DNA of 64,000 nt from Stegostoma tigrinum (taxonomy: Eukaryota): NCBI RefSeq assembly GCF_030684315.1, contig NC_081360.1, positions 23,539,033-23,603,032 on the forward strand, written 5' to 3'. The position numbers were made by a program, and so were the translations under genes. This document shows, one piece after another, positions 48,346-62,000 of the stretch. The notes beneath the pieces were generated by a model, which searched no databases, was not told the origin of the DNA, and saw nothing but the letters and a program-made list of their open reading frames with translations. Each line of letters starts with the position of its first letter. The stretch's first letter is position 1.

Positions 48346-50769
48346 CACTCACCACCTCTCTGTGGAGGGCAACACAGAGTGGTACTTGCCCCCAGCCCTC
48401 GGGCAAAGGGAAAGTTTAGAAAGACAACGATAAGTTTGACGTAAATGATGACTCGGACACGGTCCAGGTGGCACGGGGGCTGGGACCATTCTGCCCAATG
48501 CACACCTCGTGAATACAGGGCAAGTAGTGGCCTCAGTAAAATGTCTGCCTGATGGTAACGTCTAAATCCTGGACATTGCCTGAACGCAGATTGTTCAACA
48601 AAACTTAAATAAAAAAACAAAATCACTGGAGTTAGCAGGTTTTTCTCTGCAGTGTGTCCCTAACAACAGAGGCCATTCAGCACCCACAGGCGTAGGAGCT
48701 GCAAGCAGCGATTTACTTTGGACTGGGGATTTATTGACAGTGGTGCAGAGATCTGTGGCTGGGCTTCTTGCCTCCCCGAGCTCTGCGTAGGCCTCAGGGT
48801 TTGTGTGGGAGGAATGAGGAAAGGCGAGCAACGTTTTGGGAGAAGATAAACATTAGCTTAAGAAAAGGTTGAAAGCCCACAGGGAAACAGATGTGTCGAA
48901 ACCGCAGAACGTTCTGGGGACCAGGGTTTGCTGCAACGGGTGGATCCATCGTCAGCTCTGCACCTTCCGGCTCAAACCAACGTTTGCCAAGTTGCTGGAA
49001 GTGGTGGAGGGGACTGGTAATGTGACGGCACGCAGCAACAGGGCATCCGCGACCCTGCTGAATCTCTCTGCTCACCCAGTACCTCCCTGAGCAATCAATT
49101 CCAACAAACTGGGGAATAAAGCATGGAAAGCAGGTGAATTCTATATGACATCAGGAACAGAGTGAGAAATAAAAGGATGGAAAGATTAACCAAGAGGGAC
49201 AGGCAGGAAAATGAAGGAAATAAAAGCATACGTAGCTTATGTTATACATTGAACCCTTTGATGTTATTTCATTTGAATGCTGTTTCAATTTTAGGGCCCA
49301 TTTCTTTAAATGGCATTTGTATTTGCAGGTTAACAATGTTGCCTTCCCCTTTCCTCCTTTCAGCCCACCCTTGCCTTTTAGAAGATGTTTGGAGGATTGG
49401 ATAGAGTAGGCATTGAGAGCCTTTTTCCTCAGATGGTGCTGACTAGCACAAGGGGACATAGCTTTAAATTGAGGGGTGATAGATATAGGACAGATGTCAG
49501 AGGTAGTTTCTTTACTCAGAGAGTAGAAAGGGTGTGGAATGCGCTGCCTGAAGCAGTAGTAGACTCACCAACTTTAAGGGCATTTAAATGGTCATATGGA
49601 TGACAATGGAATAGTGTAGGTTGGTTTCACTGGTCAGCACAACATCGAGGGCCGAAGGGCCTGTACTGCGCTGTCATGTTCCATGTTCTACATTCTATGT
49701 TTCGATGTTGACGCACTCTCACGCCAGTTCTTCTTCCTGGCCTGGTCTGCCTCACCACCTGCCCACTCCTCCTGGCACGGTTTCACCACCCCATCCCCAA
49801 GCCTTGCTTTTTAGTGCTGTCACCTACCACCACAACTCCCCCTCCTATAGCCTTTCCTTCCACATGTCACCCCCAACCGCCATGTTGCTCCCCCACTTGT
49901 CATTGCCTTCCCCAGGACTTGCCTCCCAGCATTGCGTACCGAACCGCCACACCCCCTGACCACTCCTGGACTTGGTTCCTCCCCCTTCCTCCAGCCTTGC
50001 CCCCTCCCCCACCCACTGCCCCAACCAGAGACAGCTCCCTTCTCTCAATTGAAACCATTCCTTTTCTCTCGGATGTCATTCTGTACATATGCTGCTTTGC
50101 TCCATCTAGTGGCAGAAGTTGGTTGGTGCCAGTAGTACTGGAACTCAGCAAATCCTTGAAATGACCAGCCTCTGCCACCAGATGGAGTCCAGTCAATCAA
50201 ATGTACCTGATTGATTCACCAGACTGACTCACTGAAGCTGCACGCAGTAGGGATCTGATCAGGTGTCTCTATGCTGCGTCTGCAAATCCCAGAGCATTCC
50301 TGCACTTGGTGAATTGGCTGAACTTGATTTGCCAGTTCCCAGCTAATCCTGGGCCTTTGCCATGCTCAAAATATTCTGGTAGTCGTCAGGTTTTTACTCT
50401 GGTTTCTCTGCTCCCTGGAGACTGCTTTCCACACTGTTCCATATTCGCAGTTATTGGGCTGCCAACTGCTTTTATGTTGCTAGGTTTTCCCATCTCCGTC
50501 TGCTCAATCCTGCTGCTGCACCTATCATTTGTTGTCACAATTTCTTATTATGGTGATGGCTTCTTGGAAGATTTGGGTACACGGCGAGGCTAAAGAAACA
50601 CGCTTGAGTGTAAAGGTGATAATGGATCCCCCTCTCTGATGAAGGGTCTAGGCCCGAAACGTCAGCTTTTATGCTCCTGAGATGCTGCTGGGCCTGCTGT
50701 GTTCATCCAGCCTCACATTTTATTATTATGTTTGAGTGTAAAGCCTTGGCGAGACTGGCTTTTATTTTA

Positions 50770-51560
50770 GAGACAGAAAGGACTGCAGATGCTGGAAGCT
50801 AGAATCAGTGAATCTGGAGCTGGGAAAGCACAACAGGTCAAGTAGCATCCGAGGAGCAAGAGAGTCAACGTTTTGGGCTGAAACCCTTCGTCAGGACTGG
50901 GGATGGGGAGGGGAGTCTGGAAATAAATAGCGGGAGAAGTGTGGGTAGCTAAGATGGAGATAGGTGGATGCAGGTAGGGTGTTATTGTGGTTGGCCAGTG
51001 GGAAGAAGGGTGGAGCAGACAGGTGAGTCAGAAGATGGTCAGGTTGGGGCAGGAGAGATTTTGAAGTTGGTGAAGCCAGTGTTGTGGCCTTTGGGCTGTA
51101 AGTTTCCAAGGTGAAATACCAGGTATTGCTCCTCCAGTTTACGTTCGGCCTGACTCTGACTGTAGAGGAGGCCGAGGATGGACTTGTGACCAGGAGAATG
51201 GGAGGGGGAGTTAAAGCGGATGGCTAACGGACAGCCAGATTTGTTGGTGTGTGCAGAGCACAAATGCTCCGCAAACCCGTCCCCAAGATGCATTGGGTCT
51301 CCCCCATATACAGGAGGGAGCAACAGATGCAGTAGATGAAGTTGGGTGAAGTGCCGGTGAGCCTGTTCTGGATTTGGAAGGATTATTTGGGGCCTTGGAG
51401 GAATGTGAGCAGAAGGTGTAAGGGCAGGTGAAATACCTCCTGCAGTTGCAGGGAAAGGTACCAGGTGCAGTGGAGGGGTTGGTGCAGAGTGTGGAGCTGA
51501 CGAGGTAGTCGCAGAGAGAACAGTCCCTGCAGAAAGCAGACAGGAGTAGGTAGGAAAATG
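50770..51560 (-). mobile_element. older Penelope-like element fragment (GIY-YIG region plus terminus)
   Basis: LGDGFAEHL..FNSPSHS..LEEQYLVFHLG; SAFCRDCSLCDYLVSS..GTFPCNC. Confidence 0.85.
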
Positions 51561-52676
51561 TCTTCAAAGATTTTCTATGAAGTGAACAAGCCATGTGGTT
51601 TCCAAGAAGTGCCTTGATAAGAAAGAAATGTTTGAATGTGTCTTTGCGTGGGCAATCATTCACAATCCTTCAAGCTTAGCTCCACAAAAGAAACTAAATA
51701 TGAACCCTTTTAAATGCTGTCCAACGGTGATATGTCCAGAGGCGTGTGTAATCCCTCCCACTGTGAGCTAATGCCAAATCTTCATTAATCTTCAGTTCTC
51801 TGCCCAAAAACAGGTCCGATGTCTAGCACACATAGGACCACCTATGTGGATGTGATGCCAGCTGTGGGTCAGTGTGCTATGTTTTTTAACTCTGAATCAA
51901 AAGACTGTGGGATCAAATACCAAATGCAGCACTTAAGCTGCTGCAGAACTGAGGGAGTGCTGTACTGCTGGTGGGGTTGCCTGTTGGACATCAGATCACA
52001 CCAAGGCCCTGTCTGACATCTGCTGTGAATATACAAGATCCACAACAGATACCATTTGGAAAAGAACAGGAAAATCTTAGCCAATGCTTATCAGTAAAGT
52101 GGGGTCTCTAGCTAGTATCATAATTGTTAATTATGAGATCTGGTAGTATGCAAATTGGCTGTTGAGTTTCTTACTTTTCTGCAAAACTTCAAAAGCACTT
52201 CATTGCTCCAAAAGTACTTTGAACTGAGCTTATGAAAGGTGTGATATAAATGCATGTCTTCTGTAACATCACCATCTGTAATTTTTCACTAGAAACGTGG
52301 CATTACACCATTACCTTACGCAGCACACAGTGACTTCAGTTCATATCAGACACAACTCACAACCAAGGAACAGCCACCTCCATTCTCATCCTCCAACTCT
52401 GGGTAGAACTGTCTAAAGACGCTTACAAATTATAATCATCAGATCTGACCAGTCAGTCCCCCTTTATCTACGTTTGATATTTTAGGATGTTTACCAACTG
52501 ATCTACAGTGTTTGTGGACTCAGTCAGTCACATTCTCTGCCAGCTGTGATGTACAAAGTGGAGAGTTCCCGTTCCTCTCCAGCCTTCAACATTTAGGGTG
52601 GGCACCCACCAGTGTAACTACAATGCTGTCAGGGGTGCCAGCTTACCACCCTGTCTGCCTGACTGCATCGAAGGAT

Positions 52677-53816
52677 CGTGAGGTGTTGACCTGCCCACTC
52701 CTGGTCGTAGTTCCTGTGATCTGCTGCTTAGGGATGGAAACCCGCTCTCTTCACTTGGTGTGGTGTACTTAGTTAGGCCAGATCCACAGTAATGTGGTTC
52801 ATGCATTACCTTCTGAAATGGCCGAGCAAGCCACTCATTTTAAGCGCAATTAGAGATGGGCAACAAATCATAGATCACAGATCATAGAATCCCTACAGAC
52901 GGGATCTTTTTCATGGGTGAGGTTGGGAATTGTCCTGGAGAACTCCTGTCAAGTTTTGTCCCACCGAACAAACTGCTCCCTCGGCCCATTTTACTTGCTG
53001 AACAGGCCAGAACATATCACTGTGGTGCAAAACCAGGAACAAGACTGCCCCCCCATGACAGACTGGGCTGTATAAATTCAAAGCGGGGCAGAACAACAGA
53101 GGCTACATAGCACTGACAATGTCACCTAGAAGGGAGATGAAGTGTTTGCATGAAAGCCAGTCAGCTCGGTGAACCAACCAACAACCCCAGGCCAGAACAG
53201 TTAGAGCACAAATTGTGTTTTCTTTTAAGTCTTCCATGGGATATTGGTGACAAGGCCAACAAGGCCACCATTGGTGGCATGTTGGCTCAGTGGTTTGCAC
53301 TGCTGCCTCACAGCGCCAGGGACCTGGGTTCGATTCCAGCCTCGGGCGACTGTCTGTGTGGAGTTTGCATGTTCTCCCCGCATCTGCGTGGGTTTCCTCC
53401 GGGTTCTCCGGTTTCCTCCCACAGTCCAAAGATGTGCAGGTTAGGGTCGATTGACCATGCCCGTAAATTGCCTGTTGTGTCCAGGGATGTTTGCGTTAGA
53501 CGTGGGAAATGCAGGGGTAGGGGAATGGGCCTGGGTGGGATGCTGTTTGGAGGAGCGGCGTGGAATTGTTGGGCTGAATGGCCTGTTTCCAGACTGTAGG
53601 GATTCTGTAGATCCATGATCTATGATTTGTTGCCCATCTCTAATTGCGCTTAAAATGAGTGGCTTGCTCGGCCATTTCAGAAGGTAATGCATGAACCACA
53701 TTACTGCGGATCTGGCCTAACTAAGTACACCACACCAAGTGAAGAGAGCGGGTTTCCATCCCTAAGCAGCAGCACACAGGAACTATGACCGGGAGTGGGC
53801 AGGTCAACACCTCACG
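52677..53816. repeat. about 220-bp near-identical inverted repeat (52677-52898 / 53594-53816) flanking a spacer that contains an HE1 SINE
   Basis: The arms are reverse complements with only a few mismatches, read directly. Confidence 0.92.
53270..53625 (+). mobile_element. full-length HE1-like SINE
   Basis: tggctcagtgg...gggttcgattcc A/B boxes, core and tail. Confidence 0.85.
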
Positions 53817-53934
53817 CCCGCTCTGTCCATGTGATTGTGGCTGATCTCACCTCGGTCTCAATTCCATGGACCTGCCGGCTCTCCACAACCTTTTGGCCCA
53901 CTGCTAATTAAGACAATTAAAGCATAAAACACTT

Positions 53935-54710
53935 GAGCAAAATTAGGCCATTCGCCCCATTGAGCCTGCTCTGCTATTTGATCACGGCTTATGTGCTTCT
54001 CAACTCTATTCCTCTACCTTTTCCCCGTGACCCTTGATCCCCTCACTAATCAAAAGTCTATCTATCTCTGTCTTAACGACACTCATTAACTTGGCCTCCA
54101 TAACCTTCTGTGGGAGTGAATTTCATAGATTCATCACCTTCTGGCTCAAGAAATTCCTCCTCACCTCGTTTCTAAGGGGCCGTCCTTACATTCTGAGGCT
54201 GTGCCCTTGCGCTCTTGTCTTCCCTAAGAGTGGAAATATCTTCTCCATGCCCATTCCATCCAGGCCACTCAGGATTATGTCAGTTTCAATCAGATCCTTC
54301 TAAACTCCACCATGTACGGAGTCATGGTCTTCGTGTGACAAGCCTTCATGCCTGAGATCATTCTTGTAAACCACCTCGGTTCCCTGTCCAATGTCAGCAC
54401 ATCGTTCCTTAGATACGGGGCCCCAAACCACTCACAATAGTCCAAATGTGGTCTGACTGGAGTCTTATCCAGCCTCAGCAGTACATCTCCATGCTTGTAT
54501 TCTAGCCCACTTGAAATGAATGCTAACATTGCAGTTGACTTCCGCACAACCATCCGAACCTACATGTTAACCTGAAGAGAATCCTAAACAAGGACTCCCT
54601 TTGTGATTCAGATTTCCAAAGCCCTCACCCATTTAGAAAATAGTCTATGCCTCAATTCTTCCTACTAAAGTGCATGACCTCACATTTTCCGACATCATAT
54701 TCCTTCTTTG
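53935..54710 (-). mobile_element. CR1-type LINE 3' fragment
   Basis: ORF 54290..54553 (MLAFISSGLEYK..VRPHLDYC). Confidence 0.8.
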
Positions 54711-56152
54711 CCACTCGCCTAGCCAGTCCAAGTCCTCGTGTAGCCCTCCCACTTCGTCAAAACTACCTGTCACTCCATCTGAGATTACAAGGTGTAGAGC
54801 TGGATGATCACAGCAGGCCAAGCAGCATCAGGGGTGCAGGAAGGCTGACGTTTTCGGGCCTAGAAACATTTTCGGAGAAGGGTCTAAGCCCGAAATGTCA
54901 GCCTTCCAGCTCCTCTGATGCTGCTTGGCCTGCTGTGATCATCCAGCTCTACACCTTGTTATCTCAGATTCTCCAGCATCTGCAGTTCCTACTATCTCTA
55001 TCACTCAATGTATCTTTGTTTCATTGTTGAAGGTCTGTCTTTCTTGACTTTAAATTTACTCACTGGCCCAGAATCCACCACACTTTGGGGTAGTGAATTC
55101 GACAGGTTAATGACATTTTGAGAGAAGTAATTTCTCCTCATTCCCTGTTTTGAATTTGCCAACTTCATCCTAAAATTATGATTTCTCACCCTAGATTGCC
55201 CCAATGGGAAACAGCCTTTCTACGTTCAGTTCCTTACTCAGTCCCTTTAGCACCATTTATACCTCAGTCAGATCTCCCCTCATTCTTCTAATCCCCAGAG
55301 TGTCAAAGGACATCAGTGAACCAAACAGAGGGAAATGCTGGAGAAACTCAGCAGGATTAACAGCATCTGTGGAGAGAGAAACAGAGGTAATGCCTCACGT
55401 CTGGTATAATTTCTTCAGATGAACCAGAAAATGTTTATAACAACTGACAGTGATTTCATGGTCACTGTTACTGAGATTAGTTTTATATCCCAGATTTGTT
55501 TGTGGAATTTCAATTCCACCAGCTGCTATTTCAACCCACATGATGAAAATAGCAGTCTCGACTTTTGAATTATCAGTCCAGAGATAATCATATTACACCA
55601 CCATCTCTCTCAGATGCTAGATCCACTTGAATTGAGGTTTGAGATTCTGATGTTGCAAGCATAGCAAACTGAGCAACCCTTTACAGTGCCATCAGAGAGG
55701 CAGACAGCACGCTCTCTCAGATTGACACATATGGGGTTTAGGCTGTTCCTTGCTTGGCCACATGGGGGCCTTTGTGAGTTGCCTTCTTGATCCTTTGGGA
55801 TAGTAAAATCTTGGTGACGAGCATTGCCACCGTCATGACTTAGTGTGTGCGGTGGAGAGCAACATTAGAGAGCCACATTGCTGAAAAGAATTCAGGATTT
55901 TGTTAACAAGATGGATAACATGACAGAGAGAGAAAATAAATAATACACTGAGGATGAGCATTATTTTCCCATAATGAAAACAAAAGTTGCTGGAGATCAC
56001 GGGGGTGGGAGGGGGTTGGTGTCAGGCAGAATCCATGGAGAGAAAACAAGCTAACGTTTTGTGTCTAGACGACTCTTCATCAGAGCTGAAGGGGGCAACA
56101 CTTATACTATAGTGGGAGGGGTGGGGTTTTGGAGTGTTGGGGGGTGAGGTGA

Positions 56153-58435
56153 ACAGGGAGAAAGGATGTTGATAGTTCAGATTAAAAGATCAGAATATGA
56201 GAACATCACAAGTGAGATGAATTAAAGGAGAAACTGTGCAGAGGGAGAGCAAGTTCATCCAAGCGAGGAGAATACTGGTGGATGGGGACATTGCTTTCAC
56301 AGATGGCAAGAGCCAATCGGTAACAATAAAATCCATTGCTATTTGCCCAACATTGGGACAGCAATCATCTCAAAATGTCTTGATGGAATGAATTGTTTTT
56401 GACGGACAGCAAATGTCATTGTTTGGGTGAATGTTGGGACTGTGAGTATCAAAAGGTCGTTGAGAAAGAGTGGTCAACCTTTGAAACCTCAAACCTGACA
56501 CTGTAAAAACTCTCAGGTTTGTGGGACCATTCTTGAAATTTGGTGTCAACAGCACAAAACCTCAAGTGACAAATATTGATGTTGGCTAAGACTCTGCTGT
56601 CAGTGGGAGTAAATGGCCTCGGACCAGGGTAAACCATCATTTGCTGATTGTAAATTAAATCAATTAGGGTAGAAGTTGAGAGTTTGGGCCGCTGAGAAAT
56701 TCTGTTGAAACACAGCCTTCTGTTGGCAGAGAATAGAAACTTAAGATAGTTGTTGAGCACTTATCAACTCTGGGATGTGCATCCATCAGCTGGCCTATAC
56801 AGAGAGATCTTCCAATGCTCAGAGTGATAAGGAAAGGAAGCCATGTCTCTTGTGGTAGTTACCATTTTCAAAAATTTTTTAAAAAATTATCATTACAGAT
56901 TTGCTCAGTGTTTTCCTTGCCTAGATCTTCATCGTGAAATTATCAGGTATATGGAAATATTTCCCTGATGGCAGCCCTCTGGAATGTTGTACCTGGCATG
57001 TAGGAATAATACCTAAAGGTTTAACATTTATGTACTCAAAATAAAAAAATACATTTCAAATGCCTGAGGGTTTGAAATGTTTTCATTAATGGAGGCCCAT
57101 TTTATGTTCGGACATATGTTAACAAAATTGAGTCAATGTTCACATGCGGGAGAACTCTTGACATCTTTCAGGCACTGGGCTGATAACTAGCAAATAGTTT
57201 TCATGCTAAACAGGTTCCAGGCATTGGCTATCTCCGGCAAGAGCGAATCTCACCATCTCCCCTTATCATTCAATGGCTTCCCCATTGCTAAATCCTGCGG
57301 GAGAATATTAATTTCCTCAGCGTTACCATTGATCAGAAACATGACTGAACCAACTAATATAAGTATTGCAGCTACAAAAGCCTGCAAATTCTGCAGCAAA
57401 TAACTAACCTTCTCAGACACTGCCCACCCCTAGCTCCTCTTGCCAGCATTAAAATTACAGCCTGGTGGTAAATGATCCTTAAGTGCTTAAGGGCCTCCAT
57501 TGGCTGTAGGCCTTACCTGCCATCTTTAAAATTTCAAAACAAAAACTAAGGTTGGGTAGATAGAAAGGAGGGAGGCCTTGCAGAAACATTTCCATCATCA
57601 CCCTCCACCCACACATCTCCAAACAACATTAAGACGGGCTTGTAAAATTCTGCTGATCCACCCACTATCGACACATACACACGCACACACACATCCAGAT
57701 ATCCTTTTTTGAAGGGGACCGGAATTACAGAAAACCCCTTGCAAGTGGCGGCAACAACTCGGATCGTGTTGCACCTTTAACAGAGCAAAAAGCCCCAAGG
57801 CATGTCACAGGAACATTGAAAACCAAAATTTGACATTGAGCCACACAAGGAGATATTACACCAAAAATCAGCAGATTTTTAATGGGTGCCTTTGAAGGGA
57901 AGAGAGCGAGAAGTCGTGGGAGAGAAGCTCAGGCAACTGTACAGTGAATGATGGTGAAGTGATTGAAATTGAGGATGTTCAAGGGGCCAGAGTTTGGTAA
58001 GTGCCCAATCTTAGAGGACTGTGCGGTCAAAGAAGATTGCAGAAAAAGAAGGGATAAGGACTCAGAGGGATTTAATTGTAAACAAGGATAAGAAATTCGA
58101 ATTAATCAAAAGAAGACTTGAAAAAATTCTTTTAGGGGACAGGGAGAAAGGATGTTGATATTTCAGATTAAAAGATCAGAACACGGGAGAGTCACAACTG
58201 AGATGAATTAAAGGAGAAATTGTTCAGAGAAAGACCAAGTTCAGCCACGCGAGGAAAATGCTGGTGGATGGGGATGTTGCTTTCACAGATGGGACAAGCC
58301 AATCAGAAATAATAAAATCATTGCTATTCTCCCAACACTCTGACCTCAATCGTCTCAAAATGTCTTGATGGAATGAATTGTTTTTGAAGGACGGCGAATG
58401 TCATTGTTCAGGTGAGTGTTGAGACTGACAGTATC
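56153..58435 (+). repeat. about 300-bp diverged direct repeat (56153-56450 and 58139-58435)
   Basis: Both start acagggagaaaggatgttgata.ttcagattaaaagatcagaa and share tctcaaaatgtcttgatggaatgaattgtttttga. Confidence 0.85.
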
Positions 58436-58850
58436 TCACAGAATGAGATCACACGGACCATGTGTTCTTGGACTGTTTACACAGGTTTTCCAGATTTAAA
58501 ACCATAAACACATTGTGTCAAACCTCTATTCAGGTCACTGCCAGCTCTGTGCAGAGCACCTTAGCTGCATTGTTTAACCCTGGAATTGGTTTATTGTGAA
58601 AAGACTCAGTCTCAGTCATTGTTAGAGCAATTGCAGATTGCTGAAGTGCAATGAACAGGCAACAGGACAATGTCTACAATAATCAGCTTGTTTTATTTTA
58701 ATGTTTTCAACTTATTGAGCGAGAGAGAAGAGACTACTGTTATTGTGACAGAGCTAATGAGATAAGAATGAATGCTTCAGTTTGCACTGCTTGCAGTTGA
58801 AATAATGGCAGACATATCGACTTGTGCATTCTGTGAACTCCGAACCCCCG

Positions 58851-59009
58851 TTACTCCACTTTGGATTCCTGGTTCTGTTTACGATTTGGCTTCTTTCTGG
58901 AGGATAATCCTTGGCTCAAAGGCTTGCCTTGCTTATTGGGTCTTCTTGGGTTGGCATCATTTCCACGGCTCTGAGGAAATTGCTTGTTATTCTGGTAATT
59001 CCAGTCAAC
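58851..59009 (-). CDS. spp2: spp2 last coding exon (159 nt including TAA)
   Basis: Pyrimidine tract plus ctag acceptor; open in phase 0; AATAAA at 58692-58697 downstream. Confidence 0.72.
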   Translation of the reverse strand, partial: VDWNYQNNKQFPQSRGNDANPRRPNKQGKPLSQGLSSRKKPNRKQNQESKVE

Positions 59010-62000
59010 CTAGCATTGAATAGAGAGAAGTTTACTTCCAAGCCCTTCCTGTTGACCGATCATGTCATTTCAAGGATGAGCAAGTCGCAGATAGTGGAAT
59101 GAGAGGTGAGCGAGTGCAGTCTGACACTGACTGACTGTGCCATCATTTCACAGCTTGCTCCTTTATTTAGAATAGCTCATTCAGGGATTAGTGTGCGGGC
59201 AGACATTCATCAAAGAGGTCAAAGGTGATGGCGTGAGAGCTACCACTCAGCTTGGGGCTGGGAGAGGTGTTGGACAGGGCTAGTAACCATCACCAGTTCT
59301 CGAAAGAAATGCCAAGTGGTTGGAAAGCTGTATTTTTTGGAGGAGTCTTAGTTGTCCTCTGACTTGGGCTCCCAGGTGAACAATACTCACAGCTGCAGCA
59401 GAATGGATAAAAGTTCACTGGGGGCTCATTCTCAAAGAACAAACATGACTGTATCTGCTCCCTGTTATAGCCCCATCCAGCGTTCCATTCTATTATATTC
59501 GAGACAAGTGTGTATTACAGGTAGGTGTGCATGGCACAAGAGACTAAAACAAAACCACCTATTTGATAATAGTTGAATTCCTGTGCCAATCCCAGTTATC
59601 TCACAGTGGGTCCCACAGAGTGTCCCCCACCCTTTCACAGCCTGCCTCACCAAAACCAGCAGATGCTCTGTCCTTTAATGGCCCTTGGAAATCCCATTTG
59701 GAAACCAATGCTACAAAGGGAATGGACTAGAATGGGCATAGCTACACGCTGAAGGCATTGATTTCAGATTGTCACCAAGACTTACTGATGAATAATACTC
59801 ATCCTGGAATTTTGGTTGTCTTCTTCGGTACCACATCTGCAATAAAAATATATTGTTTCATATAAATATTCATACACAAAGCCACAGAAATTATTTTGGA
59901 AACAAAATGATTCTCCAAAACAGAATTTAATAAAATTTATTATTATATAATTTGTTGAATCTCGAAGATGACGATGAGTGGAAGTTCTCTGAGTATATTA
60001 GCCTCTGATCGACTACTCCTGAGTTATGAGCACAAACCCAGCTGATTTACCTATATTCATTCTGCACCTTCAACATCCCTGATTTTAATTGATCCACTAT
60101 AGGGGGGCCAATGCCTTCGGCTGTCTGGGCCTCAGACTTTTGGAATTTTTTCCCGAAACCTCTCTGCCTCATTTTCTGTTCAAACATATTGTGAATGGCG
60201 TCTATTTGACCAATCTGTTGTTCATTTATCCTAGTACCTCCTTATCTGGCTCATTGCTGAGCTTTGATTTAGAATGGTCCTGTGAAGGGCCTTTGGCGGG
60301 ATCTTTTATTAAACTAGTGGTGCTATATAAATACAGGTTAATGTTGATAACTTTAATTATTTTGTAGATTTTATTTCAGAGTGATTTGTGATGACGACCA
60401 TGTCAATTTTCTGTGAAGGATTGCTTCCCTTTGTCTCAAACGTTGATTTTTAAGGCAGTTGAAAGCTCTCTCAGTAAAGCTTCATTCTAACACATTTATG
60501 AAGCTTTCTTCTACCTAAAGTCCAGGCAGAGCCTTCGTCCATGATTGCAATTGAGATGAAACATTGTGACAGGGCCAATGGGTTCAGTAAGTCCTGCACA
60601 GTCCAGTATTGCTATATTCCTGTGACTAATTCTCCGTGCTGTAATAGCTCTGGGTACAATGAAAAAAAATGACAACATCACAGTAAACTGTATAAATCAG
60701 CACAAATAGTGCAAAAGCACTCAGCAAAATCCCAAAACAATATAGGCAATAGAAATGTGATGTCTGGGCAGTCACATATCTTTCCCAAGGCTCAAATGAA
60801 GTCAATCCATGTCTACGTAATTATCTCTCTCTTTCCCTCTAGGCTCTATCTCTACTTCCTCAGGAGGCTAAGGAAATTCGGCATGTCCAGAATGACATTT
60901 ACCAATTTTATAAATGAACCATAGAAAACATCCTATCTGGATGCACCACAACATGGTATGGCAACTGCTCTTCTCAACACCACAAAAATCTACAGAGAGT
61001 CTTTAACACAGCCTTCACAAAAAGTAGCCTCTATCCATTGATTCCATCTACACTTCCCACTGCAAGCAAGATAATCAAAGAGACCCTCCACACTCTGGTT
61101 ATATTCTCTTCCAACCTCTTCCATTGGGAAGAAGATATAAAGCTTTGAATACACGAACGAATAGATTCAAGAAACATTTTCTCCCCAGTGTTTTCAGATT
61201 TCGGAATGGACCTCTCAAATGTTAATTAATTCTGATGTCTCTCTCCCTCTGCACCTCCTCTGCAGCTGTAACACTGTATTCTGCACCCTGTCCTACTACC
61301 CTGATACACTTTATTTGGTATAATCTGTCTGGATAGCTCAAAACAACACCTTTCACTGTTTCACAATACATGTGACAACAATCAATCAATCTCCACTTAT
61401 CACTTACTCCTTTACAAACCCCTCCCCTCTTTTCAGCCCCATCTTCAGCATATATACCAACATCTTCCTAGTTACAATCAGTTCTAAAGAATGATGAGTG
61501 GACCCGAAAAGCTAATTCTGCTTTCTCTCCACTTTTGCTGCCAAACTTGCTGAATTACTCCAGCAATTTCTTTTCTCATTTCAGGGCTATGCAATTGCAA
61601 AAACAACTGATCAGATCTAAGGTCTGCAGTCCTGCCATATCCATTCGTGAATGGTGGGAGACAACTAATCAGCTCACTGGAGAAGGAGACTCCAAAAATA
61701 TCCCCATCCTCAATAATGGGACAGCCCAGCAATCAGTGCAAAAAATAAAGCTGAAGCATTTGCAGCAATCTTCAGCCGGAAATGTTGAATAGATGATCCA
61801 TCTCAGCTTCTTCCAGAGGGCCTGTCTTCAGCCAATTTGATTCACTCCATACTATATCAAGGAACACTGAATGCAGTGAATAATACAAAGGCTATGGACT
61901 CTGACAATATTCCAACAATACTCCTGAAGACCTTACCCAATTGCAGATCAGATCCCCAACCACAATCATGCTGCTTTTCACCCCAGTGTTGCGATCAGAC

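Noticed and set aside
53270-53345. tRNA gene
   Set aside because: The A/B boxes belong to the SINE head; no complete cloverleaf is evident.
56153-58435. LTR retrotransposon bounded by the direct repeats
   Set aside because: No TG...CA ends, primer-binding site, polypurine tract or gag/pol remnant was seen between the repeats.
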